Positions 1 through 9,189 of a DNA stretch of 30,995 bases are shown here, piece after piece. The stretch comes from a virus (taxonomy: Duplodnaviria > Caudoviricetes): IMG/VR virus record IMGVR_UViG_3300017548_000198, positions 1 to 30,995 of that record, one strand, 5' to 3'. The first letter of the stretch is position 1, and each line of letters begins with the position of its first letter. The translations under genes were made by a program, and so were the position numbers. The notes beneath the pieces were generated by a model that was not told the origin of the DNA, made no database searches, and saw nothing but the letters and a program-made list of their open reading frames with translations.

Positions 1-180
1 GGCCCCCTCGATCGGAATAGTCTGGGTTATCGGTTCCACCGGCTCCCAAGGCTCATCAGGGTTCGGCGTTCCGGGCGTGACCCGCGTAAGGGTAATGACG
101 CCCTGCCCTAGCCCACCTTGGCTCGTCGGCTTCAACAGGTCGCGCGTCATCGCAGCCATTTCTGCGTAGAAATCAGCCAT
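1..180 (-). CDS. Putative head-tail joining/virion protein, 3' end outside window
   Basis: Not in the ORF track. ATG at 180 overlaps the upstream stop (TGATG); frame open to base 1 (MADFYAEMAAMTRDLLKPTSQGGLGQG...); position after head genes. Confidence 0.7.
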   Translation of the reverse strand, partial: MADFYAEMAAMTRDLLKPTSQGGLGQGVITLTRVTPGTPNPDEPWEPVEPITQTIPIEGA

Positions 181-683
181 CAGATAACTCGGAATAAAGT
201 GTCAGACCGACGAGTAGCGGAGCATAGCCATGGAAGTACCAAGCCATTAATGACCGCATCAGACGGAAACCCCGGCGCCGACGACGATCCGCCGCCTGCG
301 TCCTCAGGCGCAAAGAACTCACGTTCTATGGTGTCGACCTTTTCGCGCTTCGTCACCCTTCCTGGCGTCACTGGGTTCGTCGACCATCCGGGAGTGATCG
401 CATTCAAATACGCGGCCCGGTAAGACGCGCTGACCCACGCTTGCGGGATCAGGTCATCAGGCACGAGTTCGCCGCTAATTCGGTGACCAGTTCTCGGCCA
501 GGCGCGTTCCTGCTCAAATCCCCCGGTGCGACGCGAGCATTGCAACATGTACCCATATGCCGCATCGACGTAATCCGAGCCAATCTGGCGCAGCACGGCG
601 GGCAGAGGTGCATCAGCGGGCAGCGTTAGGCCCTGCCCTGATAGCCATGCCTGGAAACCGGCATCGTCACCATAGCCAGCCAT
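180..683 (-). CDS. Putative head-tail connector/adaptor (DnaT-like phage family)
   Basis: 167 aa, two genes after the capsid gene; Q-x-R-A-W-P-R and REKVD-x-IE-x-EF motifs typical of this structural family. Confidence 0.6.
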   Translation of the reverse strand: MAGYGDDAGFQAWLSGQGLTLPADAPLPAVLRQIGSDYVDAAYGYMLQCSRRTGGFEQERAWPRTGHRISGELVPDDLIPQAWVSASYRAAYLNAITPGWSTNPVTPGRVTKREKVDTIEREFFAPEDAGGGSSSAPGFPSDAVINGLVLPWLCSATRRSDTLFRVI

Positions 684-685
684 GA

Positions 686-1063
686 TCAGCCCTTCAACTT
701 GTCAATTTCCGAGCGCAAGCGCTTTTCAGCCCAGCGCTTGTCAGGCTCTTTGCCCGACAGTGAGCGGTACGCTTCTTTCAGTGTGTTGACGTCGTCGTCG
801 GGAGTTTCAGTTTCTGCAGTCTGCGCCGCCGGAGCCTCAACGCTCAGGGCTGGCGGCTCGACGTGGCTTTCAACTTCAACCGGCTCTGACGGCTTTGGCT
901 CCGAGGTGGAATCCTCGATCGTCACTAAACCGCCGGCAGCCAAGATGTCCAAGTACTCACATGAGAACTCGCCCTCAACTTCACCGAAGGCCGGCAGTCG
1001 CACGTTTCCGCTCACGCCCGCAAGGTCATAGGGACTATTCGTCCGGTTAATGATTTTGGTCAT
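686..1063 (-). CDS. Hypothetical virion-associated protein with short C-terminal helical domain
   Basis: 125 aa, directly after the capsid gene; acidic/Pro-rich linker then LKEAYRSLSGKEPDKRWAEKRLRSEI. Confidence 0.6.
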   Translation of the reverse strand: MTKIINRTNSPYDLAGVSGNVRLPAFGEVEGEFSCEYLDILAAGGLVTIEDSTSEPKPSEPVEVESHVEPPALSVEAPAAQTAETETPDDDVNTLKEAYRSLSGKEPDKRWAEKRLRSEIDKLKG

Positions 1064-1111
1064 GTCGGTTCCTGTTGCGGCCGGGGCGATCTCACACCCC
1101 GGCCCTGCCTG

Positions 1112-2092
1112 TTAAGGCGTGACGGGCGGTTCGCTGATCTGATCCAGATAGCGAATTGCTGCGGTCGTCAGCAACTCGACACCACCAGTGCGGAAGATGC
1201 CCGGAACCTGGAAGTTCATGGGGCCGTCTTGCCATACAGGCAGGAATCGATGAGGCATCGGCAGATGCAGCTTGGCGTACTCGGCGTCGTTTTTGTACGC
1301 CACCATGCGGCCAGTCGTGCTGTTCGCCGCACCAGTGCTCAACTCACGCACCGTGCGGATCGTCAATGGACGGCCCGTTTGTTGCGTGTAGATGTTGGTG
1401 CGTTGAACAAACGACAGGATGGTTTCCATCGTGGTAGCCGCGAAGGGCGTCGCCGCGATGTAGTTGTACGCCTCAACCGGCAGCAGGATCGTATCGGCCA
1501 TTTCAGTCTCGAAGGTTCCGAGATAGATGCCTTGCAGAGCGATATTGATATCGCGCACGATCTGGGCGGGAGTTTTCTGGCCCACGCCATTCTCGTCAAC
1601 CCAAAGCGTCGAGCCACCCGTACCATCAGCAGGTGCGTTGGTTGCAGTCACTCCGCTGTAGTTGATCAAGCCGCCGAGGCCCTTTTCCGTGCTGCCCTTG
1701 AGAGTCAGGTCATACATGAATTTCATGTAGGCCAGACGAGCGGAACGAGCCCGGCGATCCGGCAGGCTCGCGCCAGGGAATCCCATGGTCGTGTTGACCT
1801 CTTCCAAGTTCCATTGATAGCCAATGGCCGCCAGATGGAAGGTCTTGGTCTGCATGTCCTGGTTGACATCAGCCAGCGGCACATCCTTGGCGTATCCGGA
1901 TTGCCAGTTAGCGCGACCGGACATGTCCGAGGTGTAGGTCAGGATACCAGGGGACCATTCGGGACCCGTGGTGTCCACATAGATGAGACGGCCGAAATCC
2001 CAATCGGGGTATCGAGTCTCATACACGCGTTGGTTAACGCGATATGCCTGAGCCGTAACGAAGGCCAGGGCTTGTGCGTCAGTGAAATTCAT
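1112..2092 (-). CDS. Major capsid protein (DUF2184-like, HK97 fold)
   Basis: 326 aa; GLGGLIN, ADTILLP, RMVAY and C-terminal RTGGVE...AIRYLD motifs; position after protease and cement genes. Confidence 0.88.
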   Translation of the reverse strand: MNFTDAQALAFVTAQAYRVNQRVYETRYPDWDFGRLIYVDTTGPEWSPGILTYTSDMSGRANWQSGYAKDVPLADVNQDMQTKTFHLAAIGYQWNLEEVNTTMGFPGASLPDRRARSARLAYMKFMYDLTLKGSTEKGLGGLINYSGVTATNAPADGTGGSTLWVDENGVGQKTPAQIVRDINIALQGIYLGTFETEMADTILLPVEAYNYIAATPFAATTMETILSFVQRTNIYTQQTGRPLTIRTVRELSTGAANSTTGRMVAYKNDAEYAKLHLPMPHRFLPVWQDGPMNFQVPGIFRTGGVELLTTAAIRYLDQISEPPVTP

Positions 2093-2095
2093 GTT

Positions 2096-2575
2096 TTAAG
2101 CCCCCGAAACGGACAGCGAAGGAACAGGACGACGGTAGCGAACCACGCCCACGGAACCGCTGGTGCCAGCTTCTTCAAACTGAGCGCCAGGGATAGTAAC
2201 GACGGTGGCGGATTGCGCCGCAGCCGTCCAGGTCTTGTTGGCGGTATTCCAACGCGCTTGCGCGCCTACGGTGACATCGCCACCCAGCAGAACGCCAATC
2301 ACGCCGACCTCGCAGATTGCAACGTTCTCGTACTGCTCGTACGCATCGCCCGGATGCGGCAGAACCTGTGATGCCTCGGTGATTCCGAGCACGTTCTCGC
2401 CGCTAGTGGCGGTGATCTCCACGCAGGTATGCGCGCCAGTGCCGGGCTTTACGGGAACACCAAAACCCAACGTACCAGTGCCTTCTTTGGTGCGAGTGAT
2501 CGCGTTCCACTCTTCCATATTGACCCGACGACCGACGGCGAACGGTGCGAGAGTGTCTTTGTATTGAATAGCCAT
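2096..2575 (-). CDS. Capsid cement/decoration protein
   Basis: 159 aa, Gly/Thr/Val-rich, lying between the protease/scaffold and major capsid genes. Confidence 0.72.
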   Translation of the reverse strand: MAIQYKDTLAPFAVGRRVNMEEWNAITRTKEGTGTLGFGVPVKPGTGAHTCVEITATSGENVLGITEASQVLPHPGDAYEQYENVAICEVGVIGVLLGGDVTVGAQARWNTANKTWTAAAQSATVVTIPGAQFEEAGTSGSVGVVRYRRPVPSLSVSGA

Positions 2576-2578
2576 GAT

Positions 2579-3730
2579 TTAGGCCTCCTTCTGGGTGCGC
2601 CAGGCGTTGATATCTTCGACGCTGCCGCGCCATGCATCAGCCATTGCGGTTGCGGCATCGCCTGCGGGCTGAACGCCGCGTGCAATGGCGTCAGCAACAG
2701 GGTTGCCAGGCTTCGCGTCCTTGGCGATAGCCTTGAACATGCCGGTGATCTCAGCATCAGAGGCGTCTTTGACCATGGCATCGCCAAGTTTGGCGGCAAC
2801 CGCAGCCTTGCGCAGCTCCGCATCCGACTTGCCGGCCGGATCGATCTTGGCGTCAATGGCTTTGACCTTGGACACCAGTTCACTGCGGGCGGCAACCAAA
2901 GCGTCAACGTCGATATTCGCAGCATCCTGCGCGGTCTTGAGATCAGCTTTCAGTTTGCCGATTTCCTCGTCCTTGGTGGCGATGGCAGCAGCGTGAGCAT
3001 CCTGCGCATCCTTCAAGGCCTTGGCCGAGTCGGCCTTGAACTTTTCGACGGCTGCAACGTCCGTCACGGCGACCTGGGCAACGGCGTCGCCCAAAACCAC
3101 CGCCTTGAGTTGTTGATCGCTCATGCGACCTCCTTCTGCGGTTTTGGGCGCAAGGCCCGGTTGAAAATCTTGAACAGGGCACGCGCCCCACGAGTCTCCG
3201 ATACGAGCCTTCTCGCCGGCCCGGCCTTTGCGAACCAGGGCCAGGTGGTTGTATCGAATGTTCTTCTGCTCAAAATCAGCGTCCAGCCCGTCGCGTGCCT
3301 TAACAATGGCGGCGCTGTAGCCCATCGAGATCTCTTGATGCGTCGTGCGCGCGGCCTTAGCGGCGCTCGCATCCTTGATCATGGGATTGACCACGATCCA
3401 TTCCGGTTCGGTGCTGTAGGCGTCCCCCACCTCTCCGACAGACAACTTGGACCAGTTGTCTGCTGTCACGTCCTCCTTGGGGTGGTCGACCGTCACAGGC
3501 AGCCGAGTAATGCTCGCCAGAGAATCGGCGTGGAATACCTCGTCAGGATGGCGGTAGACACGCACCGTATCATCGGGCGAGAAACCGGTATCCTTGGCCA
3601 CATCGCCCAATTCCCGCGCCAAATACAACTGCACGCCCGTGCGCGCCACTCGTGCGGTAGCGACAAGGTAGCCTTCCTTAGTTTCCTTGATATCGCCAAC
3701 GCTGACGCGATCTGTGAATTTGATGGTCAT
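2579..3730 (-). CDS. Prohead protease/scaffold (DUF2213 family)
   Basis: EGYL...ARTGVQLY, PVTVDHP, EISMGY and NHLALV-x-x-GRAG motifs followed by an Ala/Lys/Asp-rich helical tail. Start taken at MTIKF (3730, ATGA overlap with the portal stop). Confidence 0.85.
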   Translation of the reverse strand: MTIKFTDRVSVGDIKETKEGYLVATARVARTGVQLYLARELGDVAKDTGFSPDDTVRVYRHPDEVFHADSLASITRLPVTVDHPKEDVTADNWSKLSVGEVGDAYSTEPEWIVVNPMIKDASAAKAARTTHQEISMGYSAAIVKARDGLDADFEQKNIRYNHLALVRKGRAGEKARIGDSWGACPVQDFQPGLAPKTAEGGRMSDQQLKAVVLGDAVAQVAVTDVAAVEKFKADSAKALKDAQDAHAAAIATKDEEIGKLKADLKTAQDAANIDVDALVAARSELVSKVKAIDAKIDPAGKSDAELRKAAVAAKLGDAMVKDASDAEITGMFKAIAKDAKPGNPVADAIARGVQPAGDAATAMADAWRGSVEDINAWRTQKEA

Positions 3731-5556
3731 TTGGTCACCTTGGCCTTCCACCCATCATCGACTTCCTTGAATATTTCCGGACCGAGCTTGATCTCGCCCT
3801 GCCACGGCTCGATGGCTTCGACGTCCCCATCAAACGAATAGGATATCGAGACGTGTGGCTGGTACTCCGGCCAATCCCACGAGGCACCGTTGCGCACCAT
3901 GTCCTCATGGCGCCATGTCAGGTTGCCGGACACAAACGTCAGAACGGCTACGTCGTTTTCGGCCCCAAATGCCTCCATGATTCGCGCGCCACCCGCCCTG
4001 ACCGTGATCGTCCCGTCTGGCTCGTTACCCCAGCATTCACCCATAGCCATCCAGTCAACTGGCGTCCGGCTGTAGGTGATCGTGACGTGCATATCTTCGG
4101 CATCGACCAGGCTATCCAAACCTTGGCGCTTGTAATGCGCCAGGATCTCGGCAGCATTCAGCACCTTGCGGCTCACATAGAGAGTTCGCGGCGCCGCGTC
4201 GGCAAGCGGCTTGGGCTGATTGGTCTCATCGAGATCGTCATCTTCCGAGCCGGTGGGCATTTCCTGTTCGGCCAACGACCCGTACTTCTCGATGGCCTGG
4301 TCAAGTCCAGGCAATACGCCCTGCTCCGTCAGTTCGTTAACGAGAGAATCGGAAAGCGCATCCATCGGAATCAACGTGCCGGACGAAGATCCTGCGATAG
4401 CCCGAGCTGCCGACGCCGTCTTGGAGAAGTTGTCCGCGCGCTCTGTCTCGGTCAACTGACGCAGCGGGCGCCACTCATAAAAAACATCCTCGGGACGTGA
4501 CCCCAGGGCCTGCCAGATGATGCATTCGTCCAACAGCTCAATGGCTGGCTGAATGTCATCCGTCTGCTCATGGTTGATGCGGTCGTAGTAAACGCGCTCA
4601 TCGCCGTCGCCGGAGCCAGAAAGGCCAGCAACCGAGCGGCCGAAAAGGCGACTGATGGGGATGCGGGACGCGCCCGATACGACTTCCATGAACTTCAGCG
4701 CAACATCGGGCAACCCCGAGAAGCTGGCGTTTTTCTGCTGGTAATCGTCCTCAGCATCTACCACTACGGCGCCGTTGATGCCCTTCATTGCTGCCTGAGC
4801 GCTAAGCCGCCGAGTAACGGCCGCGTCATTGGCGTCATCAGCCAGCATTTCCGCATAGCCTTTGAACTTGAAGACATCCACCTTGGCCTCAAAGACCAGT
4901 GAGGCGATATTCGCCATGGTGGAATCGGTCTGCTTGACGGTGTCGATCGTCTTCTGCAGCACCGAATCGCCCCAGAACCGGTTGGCGTCTGACAGGCTCA
5001 AGTCGTCCGGGATGGGCGCGCCTTTGAATATCGCCAAGCGGCTGATATGGATGCGGACTTGCTGGGCCTTATCGTTGGTCGTAAGCGTGAAGTACTCCGG
5101 GCCTCCGTAGTACTCGTTGTCGATATCTCGGATGATGCGTTCTGGCGTCAGGTGATTGCGCGTCAGCACAACCAGCGATCGAATCTCGCTTCCGGCCTGC
5201 AGGGGTTGATCTTGCTGGCTATCGCCGGTATTGATGTAAATCGCAGAACCGCCATAAAGCCGCGCGGCCACCAAGGCCTCTTGCACGCGCTTCTTGACGC
5301 GCAGCTTCTTTTCCACCTTCTCAATAGCGGTGATCTGATCCTTCTTCGCTCGCCAAGATCGCCATTTGCGCGTGGCATCCTCGGCCGGATAGTCGACAAT
5401 CGCGCCCGCCAGCCACGTATTGCGATAGATCGTTAGCAGATCATGAGACGACAGAGATGCGTCCACATATTGGGTGTGGGCGGCCTTATCCCGGTTCGTG
5501 CCCAGGTTGGCCACCACATTGGCCAGCCCATCGCCGATTCTCTGAAGGACGTCCAT
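3727..5556 (-). CDS. Portal protein (DUF1073-like) fused to C-terminal 2H-phosphoesterase (Acb1-like) domain
   Basis: 609 aa, following TerL. Portal motifs IVDYPAEDATRKW, ARLYGGS, IP-x-SRLFG, YYDRI. Residues ~456-609 carry two H-x-[T/S] motifs (MHVTITYS, PHVSISY). Confidence 0.85.
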   Translation of the reverse strand: MDVLQRIGDGLANVVANLGTNRDKAAHTQYVDASLSSHDLLTIYRNTWLAGAIVDYPAEDATRKWRSWRAKKDQITAIEKVEKKLRVKKRVQEALVAARLYGGSAIYINTGDSQQDQPLQAGSEIRSLVVLTRNHLTPERIIRDIDNEYYGGPEYFTLTTNDKAQQVRIHISRLAIFKGAPIPDDLSLSDANRFWGDSVLQKTIDTVKQTDSTMANIASLVFEAKVDVFKFKGYAEMLADDANDAAVTRRLSAQAAMKGINGAVVVDAEDDYQQKNASFSGLPDVALKFMEVVSGASRIPISRLFGRSVAGLSGSGDGDERVYYDRINHEQTDDIQPAIELLDECIIWQALGSRPEDVFYEWRPLRQLTETERADNFSKTASAARAIAGSSSGTLIPMDALSDSLVNELTEQGVLPGLDQAIEKYGSLAEQEMPTGSEDDDLDETNQPKPLADAAPRTLYVSRKVLNAAEILAHYKRQGLDSLVDAEDMHVTITYSRTPVDWMAMGECWGNEPDGTITVRAGGARIMEAFGAENDVAVLTFVSGNLTWRHEDMVRNGASWDWPEYQPHVSISYSFDGDVEAIEPWQGEIKLGPEIFKEVDDGWKAKVTK

Positions 5557-6906
5557 TTAAAACCCTTTCCATGAATACCCAGCACGTTCCACCAAATGAG
5601 GACATGCGCCCATAACAAATGAATCGGCCAGGTTGGGAGATGGAATGCCTCGTTTCGACATTTCCTCTTTTGGCTCCACTATGTCTAGCCCGCGTTTGCT
5701 GTAGCGCTTTCGTGGCGATGAGAGCTCAATCTTCAACTGCTCGATCTTCCCGGCGTTGCTGCTGATACTGATCAGCTCACTTGCCGGATACACCATGCCT
5801 TTCGTCACGGCGTTAAACGTGTTTCGGAATCGATCAGCCACGTCCTGCCATGCCTGCGCCTTCAGGTTCTCGAACTTTTCCTTGTTCTTGATCTTGGGCG
5901 CGTATTCCTTATCAGGGTTGATGACAGCGCCAGCGGCATTGAACTTGAAATATCCGCGCTTGACGTCCATGGCCGACAAGGTCGAGCCCACATGAGCGCC
6001 TACGCCAATCGAGTCGTAAATCAAAGTCCCGCCCTGGACGTGCGCCCAAGCCCGTTTCGTGGATTGATTCAGCTCGTCCTCGGGCGCTGACCACTCGTCT
6101 ATTTCCTCGCAGATAGCGCCATCAAAGACTGAGCAGGCGTTTTTGTCTGCGCCAGAGTCAGCAACGTCATATCCGACCGTTCTCGCGCCACTTAGATCAA
6201 TGCCCAACTTGATGTGAGCATCGATCGCCGCTTCGATCCACGAGAATTTGATTACGGCGGCGTCATCGCTGGACAGCGGCTGACCAAGGTAGATGTGCCG
6301 ATACGAATCAGGATCGGCCTCTTTCAGCCGCTCCGCCTTCTTCCTGGCTGTCTCCGATAGAAACGGATTGTCGAGGTAGTTGATATGCCGGATGATGCAG
6401 TCATCGCCCAGCAGCGTCGGCAACTTCGCCTGAACAAAGTCAGTGATCAAGTGCGGGTTCCACAGAACCCAGACCTCAGCACCCTCTTTCCGTATCGTCG
6501 GGTCAATGATCAGCCATTGATCTTCGGTCAGGCCCTCGCCTTCCTCGATCCAGCAGATATCAACGCCTTCCGTCCCCTTGATTTCCTCGATGTTGCGAGC
6601 CAAGCCATAGAACAGAAACTCCGAGCCAGTCACCCTGTGCCGGATCGTTGAAACGCCGATATCGAACTCATCTCGCCAGCCGGCTGCCTGAATTTTCTCT
6701 TTGACAACCGTGTAGACGGAATCAGCAATGCGATTCTGAAACTGGCGCAGGCACAGGAACTTGACCGAGTAGTTACGGGCCAGGAACGCGGCCATCCCGC
6801 CGGCATCCTGAGTCTTGGACGAGAACCGCCCGCCTTTCAGTAGCTTGTACGGCTTGCGAGTACGCCAGAAGTCATACAGCGCCGGATTGAGCTGATACAC
6901 CGGCAT
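5557..6906 (-). CDS. terL: Terminase large subunit (PBSX family)
   Basis: Walker A-like GGRFSSKT, Walker B WIEEGE, WNP, nuclease GYDVAD, SPNLADS. Confidence 0.93.
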   Translation of the reverse strand: MPVYQLNPALYDFWRTRKPYKLLKGGRFSSKTQDAGGMAAFLARNYSVKFLCLRQFQNRIADSVYTVVKEKIQAAGWRDEFDIGVSTIRHRVTGSEFLFYGLARNIEEIKGTEGVDICWIEEGEGLTEDQWLIIDPTIRKEGAEVWVLWNPHLITDFVQAKLPTLLGDDCIIRHINYLDNPFLSETARKKAERLKEADPDSYRHIYLGQPLSSDDAAVIKFSWIEAAIDAHIKLGIDLSGARTVGYDVADSGADKNACSVFDGAICEEIDEWSAPEDELNQSTKRAWAHVQGGTLIYDSIGVGAHVGSTLSAMDVKRGYFKFNAAGAVINPDKEYAPKIKNKEKFENLKAQAWQDVADRFRNTFNAVTKGMVYPASELISISSNAGKIEQLKIELSSPRKRYSKRGLDIVEPKEEMSKRGIPSPNLADSFVMGACPHLVERAGYSWKGF

Positions 6907-7534
6907 CCTCGTAAAAATCAGATAGGCTGCGGCCCTTCTGAGAAAGGCTGCCGTCAGAGTTGCTCAGATCGATCTTGGTGGCTTCAGTAATGCCGTAGGC
7001 CTCGCGCTCGATGCCAACCAGATTCTTTAGCGTCTCGGCCAGCTTCTTCATGCCATCAATCCGGCCAGGCATGGACAGCACGCGGCTGAAGAGCTCCATC
7101 CGCTTGTCCTGAGACCCTTCGTCGTCGGAGTTCAGCAGATCGGCCAACTGTTCCAGCAGATCCAGATCACCGGTCTGCCATTCCAATTCCTGCAGCAGCT
7201 TCATGCACAGGTCACGCGCTCGGCGGATATCGGAGCGATGAGCCAGTCGAATATTGGCGATTACCTCAGCGTTGGCCTCGACGATCGCTCGATCGGTTAC
7301 CGCCTTTTGACTGGTAACCTCTTTGGTAACCGCCCGAGTGGTAACCAGCGCGTCAGCCTTGGCTTTGATCTTTGCGGCTAGGTCTCGCTCCCAGCCTTCT
7401 TTCTTTGCTCGCTTGGAGATTGCGACGTGAGAGACGCCATTCGCTGATGCAATTTCCCGCACTGACAGCACGCCAGCCCGGTAATCCGCCTCTATGCGCT
7501 CCCAGTCTGGCGCTTTCTTTTCAGTCTGCGCCAT
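6872..7534 (-). CDS. terS: Terminase small subunit
   Basis: N-terminal HTH (DWERIEADYRAGVLSVREIA...AISKRAKKEGW); overlaps terL start. Confidence 0.8.
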   Translation of the reverse strand: MAQTEKKAPDWERIEADYRAGVLSVREIASANGVSHVAISKRAKKEGWERDLAAKIKAKADALVTTRAVTKEVTSQKAVTDRAIVEANAEVIANIRLAHRSDIRRARDLCMKLLQELEWQTGDLDLLEQLADLLNSDDEGSQDKRMELFSRVLSMPGRIDGMKKLAETLKNLVGIEREAYGITEATKIDLSNSDGSLSQKGRSLSDFYEDAGVSAQSGAV

Positions 7535-7713
7535 TTAAATTCCTTGAAGTGATTGCGCGCCCCTATCGCCATGACCATGCCCTGTGGAGATTCAGAGAAC
7601 GATATGACGCGCTGCCGGTGTTCTTTCGGTCACTTGCCGGCTTGACCGGGCAGTAGCGCACAGTGTGGCCGGCGACCTGGCGGTCTGGATGGCCGATGTG
7701 CGCTGTTCTGCGC

Positions 7714-7752
7714 AAATGAAAACGCCCCGGCGAGCGAACTCAAACCAGGGCG
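7714..7752 (-). terminator. Intrinsic terminator after the putative late promoter (tR'-like)
   Basis: Minus strand CGCCCTGG...CCGGGGCG stem with inner GAG-TTCG-CTC hairpin, followed by TTTTCATTT. Confidence 0.65.
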
Positions 7753-7789
7753 AAATTATGTAGGCGCAACTACTCAGCCTACAGGGTTT

Positions 7790-7830
7790 ATTTTGATTAA
7801 GTCCGGACAGTGGCGCAAGGTGTCCGGACA
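7790..7830 (-). promoter_or_regulatory. Putative late promoter (pR'-like) flanked by two GTCCGGAC palindromes
   Basis: Minus strand TTGCGC(7818-7813)-17 bp-CAAAAT(7795-7790); GTCCGGAC at 7801-7808 and 7822-7829. Confidence 0.45.
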
Positions 7831-8195
7831 AAATAATTATCTGGAACCGAGTACCCTTCACCCATCCAGTGAGAGAGTTGCTTGTGCGCCATATCGAGCA
7901 GATCGTAATAGCGCGTTCGGGCCATCTGAACGCGATCAAGTTTTATCTTCACCGGACCGATCCAGACATAGTGCGCGACAATGACTGACCGCGCCTCAGG
8001 AAATAGGCTTGATATCTGCCGGTCGACCTTCCGCAGATCATCATCCACCAGAAGCGCGTCAGGATCAGGCGACCGCTGACCATCCACCCGCATATTCTGA
8101 AATGCGCTAGCCGACGGATACCCAAGAGCGCTACGGTTTTCGCCTCGCTTCCAGGCTCCCCACTCACCCAGCAGGATTTCGATATTGGACTTCAT
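7797..8195 (-). CDS. Late-gene antiterminator/activator (Q-like)
   Basis: 132 aa; LL-x-EWGAW N-terminus and C-terminal HTH-like segment; last early gene before the promoter-terminator and terS. Confidence 0.7.
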   Translation of the reverse strand: MKSNIEILLGEWGAWKRGENRSALGYPSASAFQNMRVDGQRSPDPDALLVDDDLRKVDRQISSLFPEARSVIVAHYVWIGPVKIKLDRVQMARTRYYDLLDMAHKQLSHWMGEGYSVPDNYFVRTPCATVRT

Positions 8196-8437
8196 TCCGT
8201 TGCGCTCCCTTCATATTGCTTGCATTTCTTTCCATACGGCCGGCCCTTCAGACACCTCACCACTGTGTCTCCGAACGGGCTGATGCAACGTTTCTCGTTG
8301 GCACAGCCGGCGCAGCTGCGTTTGATCGCCGCAGCTTCTTTGCTCAGCAAAACCTTTAAAGGATCTGCCATCATCCAGCGAGGTATCAAAGTAGTCATGT
8401 GCGCCATTTCCGTCACTTTGATGCCATCATTCTGCAA
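8192..8437 (-). CDS. Small Cys-rich hypothetical phage protein (start uncertain)
   Basis: DPL...CAGC...C...C pattern; stop overlaps the Q-like start (ATGA). Confidence 0.55.
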   Translation of the reverse strand: MQNDGIKVTEMAHMTTLIPRWMMADPLKVLLSKEAAAIKRSCAGCANEKRCISPFGDTVVRCLKGRPYGKKCKQYEGSATE

Positions 8438-8810
8438 AGCCGACGAACGGCAGATTGCTCACCATCGCCACCGGCTTCGGCACGCCTATCAAGCGAGCCA
8501 TGGCAGCGGCGATATCTCGGCCCAACGAGTACGGACGCCGCTCCATGCGATTGATCGCGCTTGCCTCGGCTTTGCGCGGTTGCTGCGGCCTGACAGTGCT
8601 CCGGCTCTCCAGGACGTAGCGCTCGACCGTCACGAATGGACCGTCCCGCCGGCTGGGCGGCCATCCCGTTACCTTGCAGATGACTTTCTCAAGGTTGACG
8701 TTCTGGGTATTTGGCTTGCCGACGTAGAGACCTCTCTGGGCCAGCAGCGCGAGACATTCTTTTCGTATGTTCTGCATGTAGATCTGGCGTTTGGATGCTT
8801 TATTTCCCAT
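8427..8810 (-). CDS. Basic hypothetical protein
   Basis: Start MGNKASK at 8810 with GGAG upstream; overlaps both neighbours in the operon. Confidence 0.55.
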   Translation of the reverse strand: MGNKASKRQIYMQNIRKECLALLAQRGLYVGKPNTQNVNLEKVICKVTGWPPSRRDGPFVTVERYVLESRSTVRPQQPRKAEASAINRMERRPYSLGRDIAAAMARLIGVPKPVAMVSNLPFVGFAE

Positions 8811-9189
8811 CTTTGTCTCCTGAGAAAATGTCGATGCGGACGAAGCCTCGCTTTTCGGTGTCGAGGCAGTCATCCACAAACAGCGGACGGAATATCTGAT
8901 CGTCTACACCTAGAGCTTTGGCAATGCCGTCTAGGTAGTGCTTGACGGCGCCGATGCATCCGTCCAGATCACGCTTGATCCTGTTTGGATAGCCGAATAT
9001 CAGGTTGACGTGGTTGCGGGCGCCAAGCGTTATCTGGTTTCGGCCCAACGCCTCTTTGGCTGCATAGAATCCTGAATGCCTGGCCGACTCGATGGCGGGT
9101 TGAAACTTCCTGAAGTTGCCGCGACGACGATTCGGAAACAGGAGGCTGTCAGGCCACGGGAGCATGATGGTTAGGTGGTCTAGGGTCAT
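8800..9189 (-). CDS. rusA: RusA-like Holliday junction resolvase
   Basis: LPWP N-terminus; RDLDG...K...DGIAKALGVDD catalytic Asp/Lys pattern. Confidence 0.75.
   Translation of the reverse strand: MTLDHLTIMLPWPDSLLFPNRRRGNFRKFQPAIESARHSGFYAAKEALGRNQITLGARNHVNLIFGYPNRIKRDLDGCIGAVKHYLDGIAKALGVDDQIFRPLFVDDCLDTEKRGFVRIDIFSGDKDGK

Noticed and set aside
1229-3841. Long plus-strand ORFs (380 and 470 aa) opposite the capsid/protease genes
   Set aside because: Antisense shadows of GC-rich coding sequence; the minus-strand frames carry the recognisable motifs.
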